A model generated the notes under the pieces. That model saw only the letters and a program-made list of their open reading frames with translations. It had not been told where the DNA came from and did no database searches. From NCBI GenBank assembly GCA_964584265.1, contig CAZOZI010000003.1, positions 20,619-84,618 of the forward strand: a DNA stretch of 64,000 bases, in the 5' to 3' direction. The position numbers were made by a program, and so were the translations under genes. Below, in pieces: positions 41,065 through 49,825 of this stretch. The DNA comes from an uncultured Candidatus Saccharibacteria bacterium (GTDB taxonomy: Bacteria; Patescibacteriota; Saccharimonadia; Saccharimonadales; CAYVSP01). The first letter of the stretch is position 1, and each line of letters starts with the position of its first letter.

Positions 41065-42513
41065 TCACTGGGCACCCTCACCAGCGATGATAACGCGGAT
41101 AGTTTTGAGTAGAATCACAATATCGAACCAGAAACTCCAATTTTGGACATAATACATATCGAGTTTGCGCCGTTCGTCAAAGCTTATGCTTTTGCGACCC
41201 GAGACTTGCGCTAGCCCAGTGATACCGGATTTAACGCTCAAAATAGTATGCCTCTTTGCATAGACCTCCAGCTCATCAGGCACCAAAGCACGCGGTCCTA
41301 CTAAGCTCAAATCGCCTTTTAGGACATTAAATAGTTGCGGTAGCTCATCCAGACTGGTTTTTCGGAGGAACTTCCCGAGCCTGGTCAAGCGTGGATCGTT
41401 ACGCAAAAAATCGCCATTATCACGGAACTCTTTTATAAGCTCAGGCTTGCCCATTTTGGCAAAGCCTTCTTCTGGCGAACGCCCATTATAAGCCTTTTTA
41501 AGTGAGCGAAACTTGTAAACTCGAAAAGACTGATTAAAGCGAGTAAGCCGCGTTTGCCGGAAAAACACATCCCCTCCACTTAATAGTTCCGCAATTGATA
41601 TCAACAACAAGAAAGGTAAAGCAATTACTAGCAAGAGACCCCCTACTAGTAAGTCAAATAGACGCTTAACAATGCGCCCCCAACCAATCAGAGCAGTTTG
41701 ATGAACAGCTAGCACTGGCACGGCGGAGCGGAATAACTCTACCTGCAGTCTACCGACGAAAAGTTCAGTGTTACCTGGTACAAAACGGTAAGCTATGTGA
41801 TGCTCTTGGGCAAACGTCAACACCTCATTGTTCCTAGCGCTATTAGCATACAACTCAGTTTGCACGATGGCATGGATTTTACTATGGCCTATGCTGTCTA
41901 TGGCTCTATCAAACGATTGAAAAATCCTAAGGTGTACACCCGGTGGTATATGCTTGGGCTCTCCGACTACGCCAACAATTCTATAACCAGATTTTCTACT
42001 ATTTTGCAGCGAGCTAATAAGCTCATCAGTAATTTTGGTATCGCCGACTAAGAGGAGATTAGTGATACCGACTTCATAGTGGAAGAGGATCCTTCGCAGC
42101 AACCGCGCTAAATTGCGAAATATCAGTAGAAATAGAAAACTCAGGATAAATCCATAAACAGGCACAAGTTTGGCTGGGAAAATTACTTCGTTGGTGAAAA
42201 AGGCATAACTGAGTACAAATAATAGTCCTGCAAATGAACCGACAAATAGACGTCCGGCCTCAGCGAAACGTTTTTCGTAAATAGAACTGTTATAGAGACC
42301 CAAGAGGGCAAAAATGATTATCCAGAAGGGAACGAGCAAGAGAAAAATGGTTAGGTAGGTATGAGCATGCACCGGGTGAATAATAGTGCTGCTACCAAAG
42401 GTTAGGCCAAGACTGACGCGCAAAATGTAGGCGCCGACAAAAGCTAGCAAAAGAGACAAAAAATCGCCGATTAATAAGAACAAATTGTAAAGCAACGACG
42501 AGTTATTTTTCAT
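41065..42513 (-). CDS. initiating polyprenyl-phosphate sugar-1-phosphate transferase (WbaP/EpsB-type 'bacterial sugar transferase')
   Basis: N-terminal multi-TM region, then a C-terminal catalytic domain (KRLFDLLVGGLLLVIALPFLLL...RVYKFRSL...PQLFNVLKGDLSLVGPRA). I prefer the start at MKNNSS (42513). The track start 42597 would overlap the divergent gene. Confidence 0.85.
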   Translation of the reverse strand: MKNNSSLLYNLFLLIGDFLSLLLAFVGAYILRVSLGLTFGSSTIIHPVHAHTYLTIFLLLVPFWIIIFALLGLYNSSIYEKRFAEAGRLFVGSFAGLLFVLSYAFFTNEVIFPAKLVPVYGFILSFLFLLIFRNLARLLRRILFHYEVGITNLLLVGDTKITDELISSLQNSRKSGYRIVGVVGEPKHIPPGVHLRIFQSFDRAIDSIGHSKIHAIVQTELYANSARNNEVLTFAQEHHIAYRFVPGNTELFVGRLQVELFRSAVPVLAVHQTALIGWGRIVKRLFDLLVGGLLLVIALPFLLLISIAELLSGGDVFFRQTRLTRFNQSFRVYKFRSLKKAYNGRSPEEGFAKMGKPELIKEFRDNGDFLRNDPRLTRLGKFLRKTSLDELPQLFNVLKGDLSLVGPRALVPDELEVYAKRHTILSVKSGITGLAQVSGRKSISFDERRKLDMYYVQNWSFWFDIVILLKTIRVIIAGEGAQ

Positions 42514-42538
42514 AAGAGTATACTTAACTATAACATCT

Positions 42539-43912
42539 ATGAAATTGGTCAAGCAAAAGGCAAAACAAAGGACTGATTTTTTTTCAAGACTGACCAACTT
42601 CTCACTACAATGGGGAATTGTAGCTATTTTTGTAGTTGCACCGTTTTACGCACCACTTACTGTCTGGCTGGCCTCCCACGTGCAGCACTTTGACTTTTTG
42701 AAAATCTGGAAAGAAATTGCACTTACTGCGCTCGGCGTTATTTTGCTTATTTTTTCAGTAGCCCACTATAAACAAATTAAGAGCCTCTTTAGAGATAAGC
42801 TTTTTCTAAGCTTTTTTATGTATATTTGCCTTACATTAGTGGTTGGTGCATTCGATTTACTGAGTGGCCGGGTTGCCAGAGATGCAGTTATATATGGCCT
42901 ACTAATTAATGTACGATTAATTGGCTTTTTCGCCTTAACTTTTTTGTCAGTTGTTTTTAAGGAACTACACTTACGCTTTTCGTGGCGCAAATTAGTATTT
43001 ATTCCTGCTGGCTTGGTTATAATCTTCGGTCTTTTACAACTTACTGTCTTGCCAAAAGATGTTCTGACGCATATTGGTTATAGTAAGAACACAATTGTGC
43101 CATACCAGACTGTAGATAACCGGCCCGATTTTGTCCGTGTTCAATCAACCCTCCGAGGCCCGAATCCGCTTGGAGCCTATCTAACTCTGATTATTATATT
43201 AGCCACCTGTAGTCTATTGGCCGACAAAAAAGCTCGACACAGAAAACAGTGGGCGTTATTTATCATCGCGGCTGGCGTTGTGTTGTTTGGTACGTATTCT
43301 CGAAGTGCTTGGGTTGGGCTTGCTTTAGGTTTTGCTACTATTCTATTTGCTCGTTACCGACAAAAATTTTCCCGGGGCTTTCTTATTGCGTGCACAGTAC
43401 TTGGCGTAGTTGCATTTGGGACTCTCTTTGGCCTCAGGCATAACTATGCAGTTGAAAATGTTTTATTTCATTCGTCACAGCGTTCTAGTTCTGCCGAGAG
43501 TTCTAATGAGCAGCGTACTCGAGGTCTAGAAGGCGGAAGTCGTGACGTGCTAAACCAACCACTTGGTGGTGGTATTGGAAGTGCCGGGCCAGCTTCGCGC
43601 CGAAACGTTGGCAAACCCGCCCGGATTGCCGAGAATTACTTCCTGCAGATTGGGCAAGAAGTAGGCATTATTGGACTGGGACTCTTTTTAGTCATCAATA
43701 TCATTTTGTTAGCCAGATTCTGGGACCAGCGCACCACTGTCCTAGGTCTTGGTATGTTAGCTAGTTTGGTTGGCCTAACGTTTATAAACTTTGTGTCACA
43801 CGCTTGGACGGATGATACATTGGCGTATGTTTGGTGGGGTCTCGCCGGCATAGCCTTAGCACAACCTGTTATACTAAACAAAAAGCGAAAGCAGAATGAA
43901 ATGCGTACATAA
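42539..43912 (+). CDS. O-antigen ligase/polymerase-like membrane protein (Wzy_C family)
   Basis: 457 aa with about 10 or more TM segments. A central loop (GTYSRSAWVGLALGF) is typical of the O-antigen ligase family. Confidence 0.7.
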   Translation: MKLVKQKAKQRTDFFSRLTNFSLQWGIVAIFVVAPFYAPLTVWLASHVQHFDFLKIWKEIALTALGVILLIFSVAHYKQIKSLFRDKLFLSFFMYICLTLVVGAFDLLSGRVARDAVIYGLLINVRLIGFFALTFLSVVFKELHLRFSWRKLVFIPAGLVIIFGLLQLTVLPKDVLTHIGYSKNTIVPYQTVDNRPDFVRVQSTLRGPNPLGAYLTLIIILATCSLLADKKARHRKQWALFIIAAGVVLFGTYSRSAWVGLALGFATILFARYRQKFSRGFLIACTVLGVVAFGTLFGLRHNYAVENVLFHSSQRSSSAESSNEQRTRGLEGGSRDVLNQPLGGGIGSAGPASRRNVGKPARIAENYFLQIGQEVGIIGLGLFLVINIILLARFWDQRTTVLGLGMLASLVGLTFINFVSHAWTDDTLAYVWWGLAGIALAQPVILNKKRKQNEMRT

Positions 43913-44071
43913 CAATAGTTTGCGGCTTCGCACTTGGGTGCCAAACAAGGCGCTGGCGAAGCACAGAGAGAGCCGTACAAATGGTACGGTGATTGAGTAC
44001 TGGAGCCAGCAACGCAGGGTGGCGCCAAGAACACCAGCAGTGTTTCTGGCTCTGCCAGAAAGCAGTCTGGT

Positions 44072-44563
44072 GTGATGCGAAGATCGCAGCGTCGTGAAGT
44101 AACTAGATTTGTCGAGTACCTCATTAGTGGCGGGGCTTATTTTTGGTCGGGCTATCTAGCGTTCTTTGTAGGCGATAAGATTCTGCACCTAAATCTATGG
44201 TGGGCCAAGCTGGCAGCAAATATTTTTGGCTGGACTATTAACTATATATTGCAACGCTACTGGGTCTTTCGTAATCCAAAACTGGCCAAGCACAAAACAG
44301 AAGTTACCAGGCGTTACATCATAATTACATTAGTTGATTTCATGCTAGATTATCTGATTGTACGTTCGCTTAAGATGGTTGGCATTACGCCGTATATTGG
44401 ACAGTTCATATCGAGTGGCTTTTTTACTGGCTGGAATTATCTTTGGTATCGATTTTGGGTTTTCCCGGAGAAATTTACTAAGCGTCGTCGAGCCAAGGTT
44501 ACTACTTCTAGAATTGTTGCCCATAGGGCCCATGGCCATAGTGCTTATCAAAGTGTGAGGTAA
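44072..44563 (+). CDS. GtrA-family membrane protein
   Basis: 163 aa with 4 TM segments. FVEYLISGGAYFWSGY...RYWVF...WYRFWVF is typical of GtrA-like proteins. The start is GTG 44072 or ATG 44075. Confidence 0.8.
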   Translation: MMRRSQRREVTRFVEYLISGGAYFWSGYLAFFVGDKILHLNLWWAKLAANIFGWTINYILQRYWVFRNPKLAKHKTEVTRRYIIITLVDFMLDYLIVRSLKMVGITPYIGQFISSGFFTGWNYLWYRFWVFPEKFTKRRRAKVTTSRIVAHRAHGHSAYQSVR

Positions 44564-44565
44564 AT

Positions 44566-45033
44566 ATGGAAGATACAAAAACCATCCGTCCAACCAAGAA
44601 ACAAAAGGAACTGCTTAGTTTTATTGAGGCATTTATCACTCAACATGGCTACAGTCCATCACTGCGCGAAATTATGAGCGGTCTTAACTACAACTCAGTC
44701 GCAACCGTGGCGCTACACGTAAACAATCTTATAAAACGAGGCCATCTTATCAAACGAGACCACTCGGCTCGATCACTTGAGTTAACGCATAGTGCAGCTG
44801 GACAAACAACTCAGCTGAAAAGTAACATTATCAAACCATCTGAAGAAAAATGGCTAGTGCAAAAAGTTGAATTCTTTTTTAAGCAAGTTGAAGATAACCG
44901 TCAACTTGAACCGTCCAAATTAGACGAACTCTATGTATTAATTGGCGCGCTCAAGGTTCTAGGTTTGGAAGGTGCTGCTCAATCATTCATACCCCGCCTG
45001 AGCGTTTTAAAGAAACGACGCGGCGTAAAATAG
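44566..45033 (+). CDS. LexA-N-terminal-type winged-helix regulator lacking the S24 peptidase domain
   Basis: KKQKELLSFIEAFITQHGYSPSLREIMSGLNYNSVATVALHVNNLIKRGHLIKRD...RSLEL matches the LexA DNA-binding domain. The 70-aa C-terminus has no Ala-Gly cleavage site and no Ser/Lys dyad. Confidence 0.75.
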   Translation: MEDTKTIRPTKKQKELLSFIEAFITQHGYSPSLREIMSGLNYNSVATVALHVNNLIKRGHLIKRDHSARSLELTHSAAGQTTQLKSNIIKPSEEKWLVQKVEFFFKQVEDNRQLEPSKLDELYVLIGALKVLGLEGAAQSFIPRLSVLKKRRGVK

Positions 45034-45037
45034 CTCT

Positions 45038-45925
45038 ATGACTACTGCCATACATATTAATAAATTGACCAAGCTGTATGGCAAAGATGTAGGTGTTAGA
45101 AATGTTTCACTGGATATTTCCAGCGGGAGTATTTTTGGTTTTTTAGGCCCAAACGGCGCCGGTAAAACAACGACCATTAGTCTTCTGGTTGATTTAATTC
45201 GTCCTTCTTCTGGTGATATCAAAATCTTTGGATTGGATAGCGTGAGTTGTAGCCGCGAAATAAGACAACGCGTTGGTTATTTGGCTGGTGACATGGCACT
45301 TGATGAAAGTTTAAATGGCTGGCAACAACTTGCTTATTTTGGCAGTTTGCGCGGATCGTTCGAAAAAAAATATGTTCGCAAATTATCTGCTCGACTAGCA
45401 TGTAATCTGAATAGAAAGATAAGTACTTTATCTAGAGGTAACAAACAAAAGATAGGCTTAATCTCGGCGCTTATGCATCGTCCAGAGCTACTTATTTTAG
45501 ATGAGCCAACTAGTGGACTAGATCCTTTGGTGCAAGCTGAATTTAATACGTTATTGCTGGAGCATAAACAGCAAGGTAATACTGCTTTTATCTCTTCGCA
45601 TGTACTAAGTGAGGTCCAAGCCATTTGTGATGATGTAGCTTTCATACGAGCTGGCTCGGTTATTGCTCATACGCCGGTTAGGGAATTGGCGGCTGGTTTG
45701 CCCCAACAGGTGCAGATTAGCGGCGCGGATGCTGATCTAGCAAATGAGCTCAAAAAACTGAGCGGTTTTATGGTTCACGCTCAGACACAGCACACTATTA
45801 GCGGTAGTTTTGCAGGCGATATTAACAATTTATTGCGTCTACTTTCTAAACACAAAATCACCAATCTACACATGCATGAAGCCGATCTGGAAACAGTTTT
45901 TATGAAGTACTACGAGAAACAATGA
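45038..45925 (+). CDS. ABC transporter ATP-binding protein (ABC-2/BcrA-like subfamily)
   Basis: Walker A GPNGAGKTT, signature LSRGNKQKIGL, Walker B LLILDEPTSGLD. 295 aa. Confidence 0.88.
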   Translation: MTTAIHINKLTKLYGKDVGVRNVSLDISSGSIFGFLGPNGAGKTTTISLLVDLIRPSSGDIKIFGLDSVSCSREIRQRVGYLAGDMALDESLNGWQQLAYFGSLRGSFEKKYVRKLSARLACNLNRKISTLSRGNKQKIGLISALMHRPELLILDEPTSGLDPLVQAEFNTLLLEHKQQGNTAFISSHVLSEVQAICDDVAFIRAGSVIAHTPVRELAAGLPQQVQISGADADLANELKKLSGFMVHAQTQHTISGSFAGDINNLLRLLSKHKITNLHMHEADLETVFMKYYEKQ

Positions 45926-46722
45926 TGTTCAGTAGCATATTTTTAAAAACGATTTATGAAAAACGCTGGTTTATTATTGGCTGGAGCTTAGGTGCGGCGG
46001 CTATGGCTATGCTCACCTTTGCTTTTTACCCATCTTTCAAACAAGGTGGCTTTGATGAAGTGTTTAAAAATATTCCCAAGTCCTTGCAGTCTCTGGTGGG
46101 CGACCCAAGTAGCTATAAAACGGTACAAGGCTTTATTGGCCAGGAAATCTTTGCGCTCAGGATTCCGATGGTTACGCTTGTGATGGCCATAGTGCTTTTT
46201 ACGGGTCTGCTAGCTGGCGACGAAGACAAAGGTACATTGCAGACGCTGCTTGCACAACCGGTCTCACGCCGACGAGTGCTGAGTGAAAAATATCTGGCCG
46301 GAGCGACCATGAGTTTTGTAGTATGCGCAGCCACGAGCTTTGGTATTCTTCTCATAGTGCCCTTTATCCATGAACATGTAGTCACTGTGCGTTTAGCGCA
46401 AGCCACAGTTGGCGTTTGGCTATTAACATTATTGTTTGGCACGGTTGGCTTTGCGGTGGGTGCCATCACTGGCAAACGAGGTTTGGCCGGTGGTGTAGCG
46501 GGCTTAGTAACATTCGGTTCTTATCTTATTACGTCTCTAGTTGCCAATGTGAACGGTTTGAAGCCAATTGAAAAAATCTCACCATTTCATTATTACAATA
46601 ATCCGCTGATTGCTCGCTTTGGCATTGCGAGGCACGATGTGTTGATTCTTGGCTTGCCGACACTCATTTTGTTTATTGTTTCGTGGCTTATATTTAGTAG
46701 ACGTGATATCTATCAGCGCTAG
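45922..46722 (+). CDS. ABC-2 family transporter permease
   Basis: 266 aa with 6 TM segments. 4-nt overlap with the ATPase gene. Confidence 0.8.
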   Translation: MMFSSIFLKTIYEKRWFIIGWSLGAAAMAMLTFAFYPSFKQGGFDEVFKNIPKSLQSLVGDPSSYKTVQGFIGQEIFALRIPMVTLVMAIVLFTGLLAGDEDKGTLQTLLAQPVSRRRVLSEKYLAGATMSFVVCAATSFGILLIVPFIHEHVVTVRLAQATVGVWLLTLLFGTVGFAVGAITGKRGLAGGVAGLVTFGSYLITSLVANVNGLKPIEKISPFHYYNNPLIARFGIARHDVLILGLPTLILFIVSWLIFSRRDIYQR

Positions 46723-46739
46723 TCTATAATAGCTAGGCA

Positions 46740-47588
46740 GTGACATATTTTCAGGCTATCGTTATTGGACTTTTGCAAGGTGTAACCGAGCTTTTCCCGA
46801 TCTCCAGTCTTGGACATTCAGTTCTATTACCCGCCCTGCTTGGCTGGAGTGCGATTGTTACCAGTCAGACCTCCAGTGAATCTTTCTTTTTGGCCTTTTT
46901 AGTTGGGCTGCACGTGGCTACTGCTATCGCACTTCTTATTTTTTACCGCAAAAAGTGGGCAAAAATTATTGCCGGTTTTTTTAGGACCCTTAAAAACCGG
47001 CGAGCCGATACTTCCGATGAACGTTTAGCTTGGCTACTCATAATTGCGACTATTCCGGCCGGACTGACTGGTCTTATCTTTGAACACAAACTCCGCATTG
47101 TATTTGCAAAACCACTTGCCGCAGCAGTTTTTCTGACTATAAATGGTTTAATTCTTCTCGGCGGTGAATTATATCGCCGCCGTGCTTTGAAGCAATCTGC
47201 TAGACGCAGTTTAGCCAACTTGCAGTACCGCGAAGCTGGTGTGATTGGTATAGCACAAATATTTGCGCTATTTGCCGGTATTAGCCGATCCGGGATTACT
47301 ATGGTTGCCGGGCTAGTGCGCGGCCTAGACCATGAAGACGCTGCCAATTTCTCATTTTTGCTCGCTACGCCAATTATTTTAGCGGCTGGTGTCTATAAAC
47401 TACCTGACCTATTAGGCTCCAATGGCGCCGCGGTGCGCGGCCAAATTTTAGTCGGCAGTATAGCGGCCGGATTGGCAGCTTATTTTTCTGTCAAATTTTT
47501 GACAAAGTATTTCGAAACTAAAACGCTTACCCCATTTGCCATTTATTGCCTGGTTGTTGGTTTGATCATGATTGTTCATTTTGCTTGA
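46740..47588 (+). CDS. uppP: undecaprenyl-diphosphate phosphatase (UppP/BacA)
   Basis: GLLQGVTELFPISSLGHSVL and GISRSGITMVAGL motifs. 282 aa, GTG start. Confidence 0.9.
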   Translation: MTYFQAIVIGLLQGVTELFPISSLGHSVLLPALLGWSAIVTSQTSSESFFLAFLVGLHVATAIALLIFYRKKWAKIIAGFFRTLKNRRADTSDERLAWLLIIATIPAGLTGLIFEHKLRIVFAKPLAAAVFLTINGLILLGGELYRRRALKQSARRSLANLQYREAGVIGIAQIFALFAGISRSGITMVAGLVRGLDHEDAANFSFLLATPIILAAGVYKLPDLLGSNGAAVRGQILVGSIAAGLAAYFSVKFLTKYFETKTLTPFAIYCLVVGLIMIVHFA

Positions 47589-47635
47589 GCCTAGTTTATC
47601 AGCATAAAATTACTACACGTTTTTGCTGTGTGCTT

Positions 47636-47790
47636 ATGCTACGATTAACATACAAGTAAGTTAAAAATATAAAACGCTGGAAGTAGGTGAAATTCCTATA
47701 CTGTGCCGCAACGGTAAGCCGGTTAATCCGGACAAGTCCGAGTATAGCGTCAAAAGTCTCCCGAGCAGGAGCAAGCAACCTTTGTCTTTA
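47636..47790 (+). promoter_or_regulatory. candidate cobalamin-type (short, class-II-like) riboswitch aptamer with its promoter
   Basis: Extended -10 TGCTACGAT (47636-44). Core blocks GGAAGUAGGUGAAAUUCC, GCCGCAACGGUAA and AAGUCCGAG match my memory of the Cbl riboswitch core. P3-like pairing is ACGCU (47674-78) with AGCGU (47746-50). P4-like hairpin is GUAGG-UGAAAUU-CCUAU. Confidence 0.5.
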
Positions 47791-47818
47791 TCCTCGCTCG
47801 AGCAGCGAGGATTTTTAT
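47791..47818 (+). terminator. intrinsic terminator / SD-sequestering hairpin (expression platform)
   Basis: TCCTCGCT (47791-98), loop CGAGC, AGCGAGGA (47804-11), then TTTTTAT. The 3' arm contains the SD GAGGA of the ATG at 47817. Confidence 0.65.
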
Positions 47819-49226
47819 GGTCGATGCAGCCGAAATAGTGCATACATCTAGCTTAGAAACACACGAAGAATACGGTCGTTCGCTATCGGCTATTAGGAGC
47901 GCCGGACGACTGGCTTTAGAAGCAGCTTCTGTTAGTGAATACAGCCTATTGAACGGCGAAGTCTTTAATGAGTACGCCACCGCTGTCGCTGAAATGCTAA
48001 AAACCGATCCAGAATTTCGCGGTAAGCTCGATATTGATAATCGGCGGGAACATCAAATTATAGACGGCCAGGTCAGGAATGCTGATGGTGAAACAATGGT
48101 TCAGGTACTCAACAATGGCGCCAATATTACGACTAAGTTGGCCGAGTCCAACCCTGCCTATGAACATCAAGCCATCAGAGACAAGTGCGATATTGAGTTA
48201 GCTGAGAGAGTTGATGCTATGGCAGTCGGCAAAACGATGTGGGGGGTAAGCATGTATCCGAAAGAGGGACTGCATAGTCACCCAGATATTTATAAAAAGC
48301 GCTTTGGCTACAAAGAAGGCTTGGTATATATCCAGACCTATTACAAGGTTGATGAACACTCTATTCTCACCGGATCGTACTCTGTTGACGCTCATGACCC
48401 CGCAGCTTTGCGCCAGGTACTTGCCAGACACGGACTAAACATACCTGAAGCTATTTCTGACGACACTTGGCTAAGTTATTCTAAAGAGACAGAACTTACG
48501 AGCAATGAAGCTGACGAATTTGCTCGCTCTTTACGCAATGAGTTTTACCGGCTGATTGGCGCTACCGATTCGCGCTTTTCTATAAGCGAGTTTATGAAAG
48601 AATATGAGGTAATTATTCAGAGCATCTTCAATACGTATTATCCAGAACTTGCTAAAGCTACCTACTCTAAGCAAAGTAGCCCAGTTTTGCGAACCTTAGC
48701 GCAGTCCATACTCACCAAACGTATTCATGAACTAAAACCTGAAGTTGCTCACCAACTTAAGAGAGTAGCCCACTCGAGCCTGTTTGACGATGAATCTGCC
48801 AAAACAATGGATTCTATTATTCGTTACGCTGCCGTGGAAGAGCTACGCAAGCTGCTAAGTGGAGCAAACAGCCAAGATCTGGGTAAAAAACTACCCAGAT
48901 TTATGCCAAGTAATCTCTTACACCCAGCTTTTATTCATGAGCTTATGGCCAATAACTTGCAAGCCGGCATTTCGGCCGGCCGTTCTTATGGCGGCTGTCC
49001 TGGCAATATAGAACTAAGTAGTAATAAAGAATCCAATTTTAAACAAGAACTACTTGTTAACAATAGCCCAAGTCTCCAAGAAACGTATGGCGGCAAAGCT
49101 AGCGAAACTTTAAAATGCGTTACCTGCCCACTTTGCAATAAAGAAGGTGTTGATGCTCATATAACATACAATGGTAGTGAAAAAACTATAAAATGCAGTA
49201 GCTGCAAGCAGAGCAAGACATACTAA
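47817..49226 (+). CDS. hypothetical protein with a C-terminal CxxC...CxxC zinc ribbon
   Basis: 469-aa ORF with SD GAGGA. The C-terminus is CVTCPLCNKEGVDAHITYNGSEKTIKCSSCKQ. No family recognised. Confidence 0.6.
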   Translation: MVDAAEIVHTSSLETHEEYGRSLSAIRSAGRLALEAASVSEYSLLNGEVFNEYATAVAEMLKTDPEFRGKLDIDNRREHQIIDGQVRNADGETMVQVLNNGANITTKLAESNPAYEHQAIRDKCDIELAERVDAMAVGKTMWGVSMYPKEGLHSHPDIYKKRFGYKEGLVYIQTYYKVDEHSILTGSYSVDAHDPAALRQVLARHGLNIPEAISDDTWLSYSKETELTSNEADEFARSLRNEFYRLIGATDSRFSISEFMKEYEVIIQSIFNTYYPELAKATYSKQSSPVLRTLAQSILTKRIHELKPEVAHQLKRVAHSSLFDDESAKTMDSIIRYAAVEELRKLLSGANSQDLGKKLPRFMPSNLLHPAFIHELMANNLQAGISAGRSYGGCPGNIELSSNKESNFKQELLVNNSPSLQETYGGKASETLKCVTCPLCNKEGVDAHITYNGSEKTIKCSSCKQSKTY

Positions 49227-49231
49227 GAGTC

Positions 49232-49825
49232 ATGAAAAGAATCGGTATATTTAGCGGGACATTTGATCCTATACACAGTGGCCATGTAGCTTTTGCTAAA
49301 GAGGCTCAAAAAACGTGTCGACTCGACAGGATATTCTTTTTAATCGAGCCACGCCCGCGGCGCAAGCAAGGGGTCAAAGGCTTTGAGCATCGGTTGAAAA
49401 TGGTTCAACTGGCCTTAAAAGATGAACCTGCCTTAGGTGTTATCCAGCTTGAACACGCGCGATTTGATGCCGAGCGAACTCTACCGCTGCTGCAGGAGCG
49501 TTTTAAAGGTAGCCAGCTTTATATGCTCATGGGCGATGACATGTTACTGACCCACTTTATTGGCTGGCCCCATATAGAAGGCTTGATTAGTTCAGTTCAT
49601 TTTATAATTGGCGCAAGAGGATCAACCCAATCGGAATTAGCAAAGCATGTCAGGCAAATTGAGCATACTAAAGGCTTAAAGTTCAACTATTCTGTAATTA
49701 CAACTATCAAAACCGAAGTATCGTCCGTTTCGGTTCGCAGGCAGCTACGCAAAGGCTTGGACTGTCCGGATATTCATCCCGCGGTGGCACGTTACATTGC
49801 CCGGCATCGTCTGTACCATGCCTAA
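49232..49825 (+). CDS. nadD: nicotinate(-amide) mononucleotide adenylyltransferase
   Basis: GIFSGTFDPIHSGHVAFAKEA is the (H/T)xGH nucleotidyltransferase motif. The C-terminal VSSVSVRRQL corresponds to the ISSTxIR motif. 197 aa. Confidence 0.8.
   Translation: MKRIGIFSGTFDPIHSGHVAFAKEAQKTCRLDRIFFLIEPRPRRKQGVKGFEHRLKMVQLALKDEPALGVIQLEHARFDAERTLPLLQERFKGSQLYMLMGDDMLLTHFIGWPHIEGLISSVHFIIGARGSTQSELAKHVRQIEHTKGLKFNYSVITTIKTEVSSVSVRRQLRKGLDCPDIHPAVARYIARHRLYHA

Noticed and set aside
47661-47980. Two minus-strand ORFs (60 and 76 aa) overlapping the riboswitch-like region and the start of the 469-aa gene.
   Set aside because: They overlap a promoter, aptamer and terminator architecture on the plus strand and have no SD or motifs. 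Spurious.
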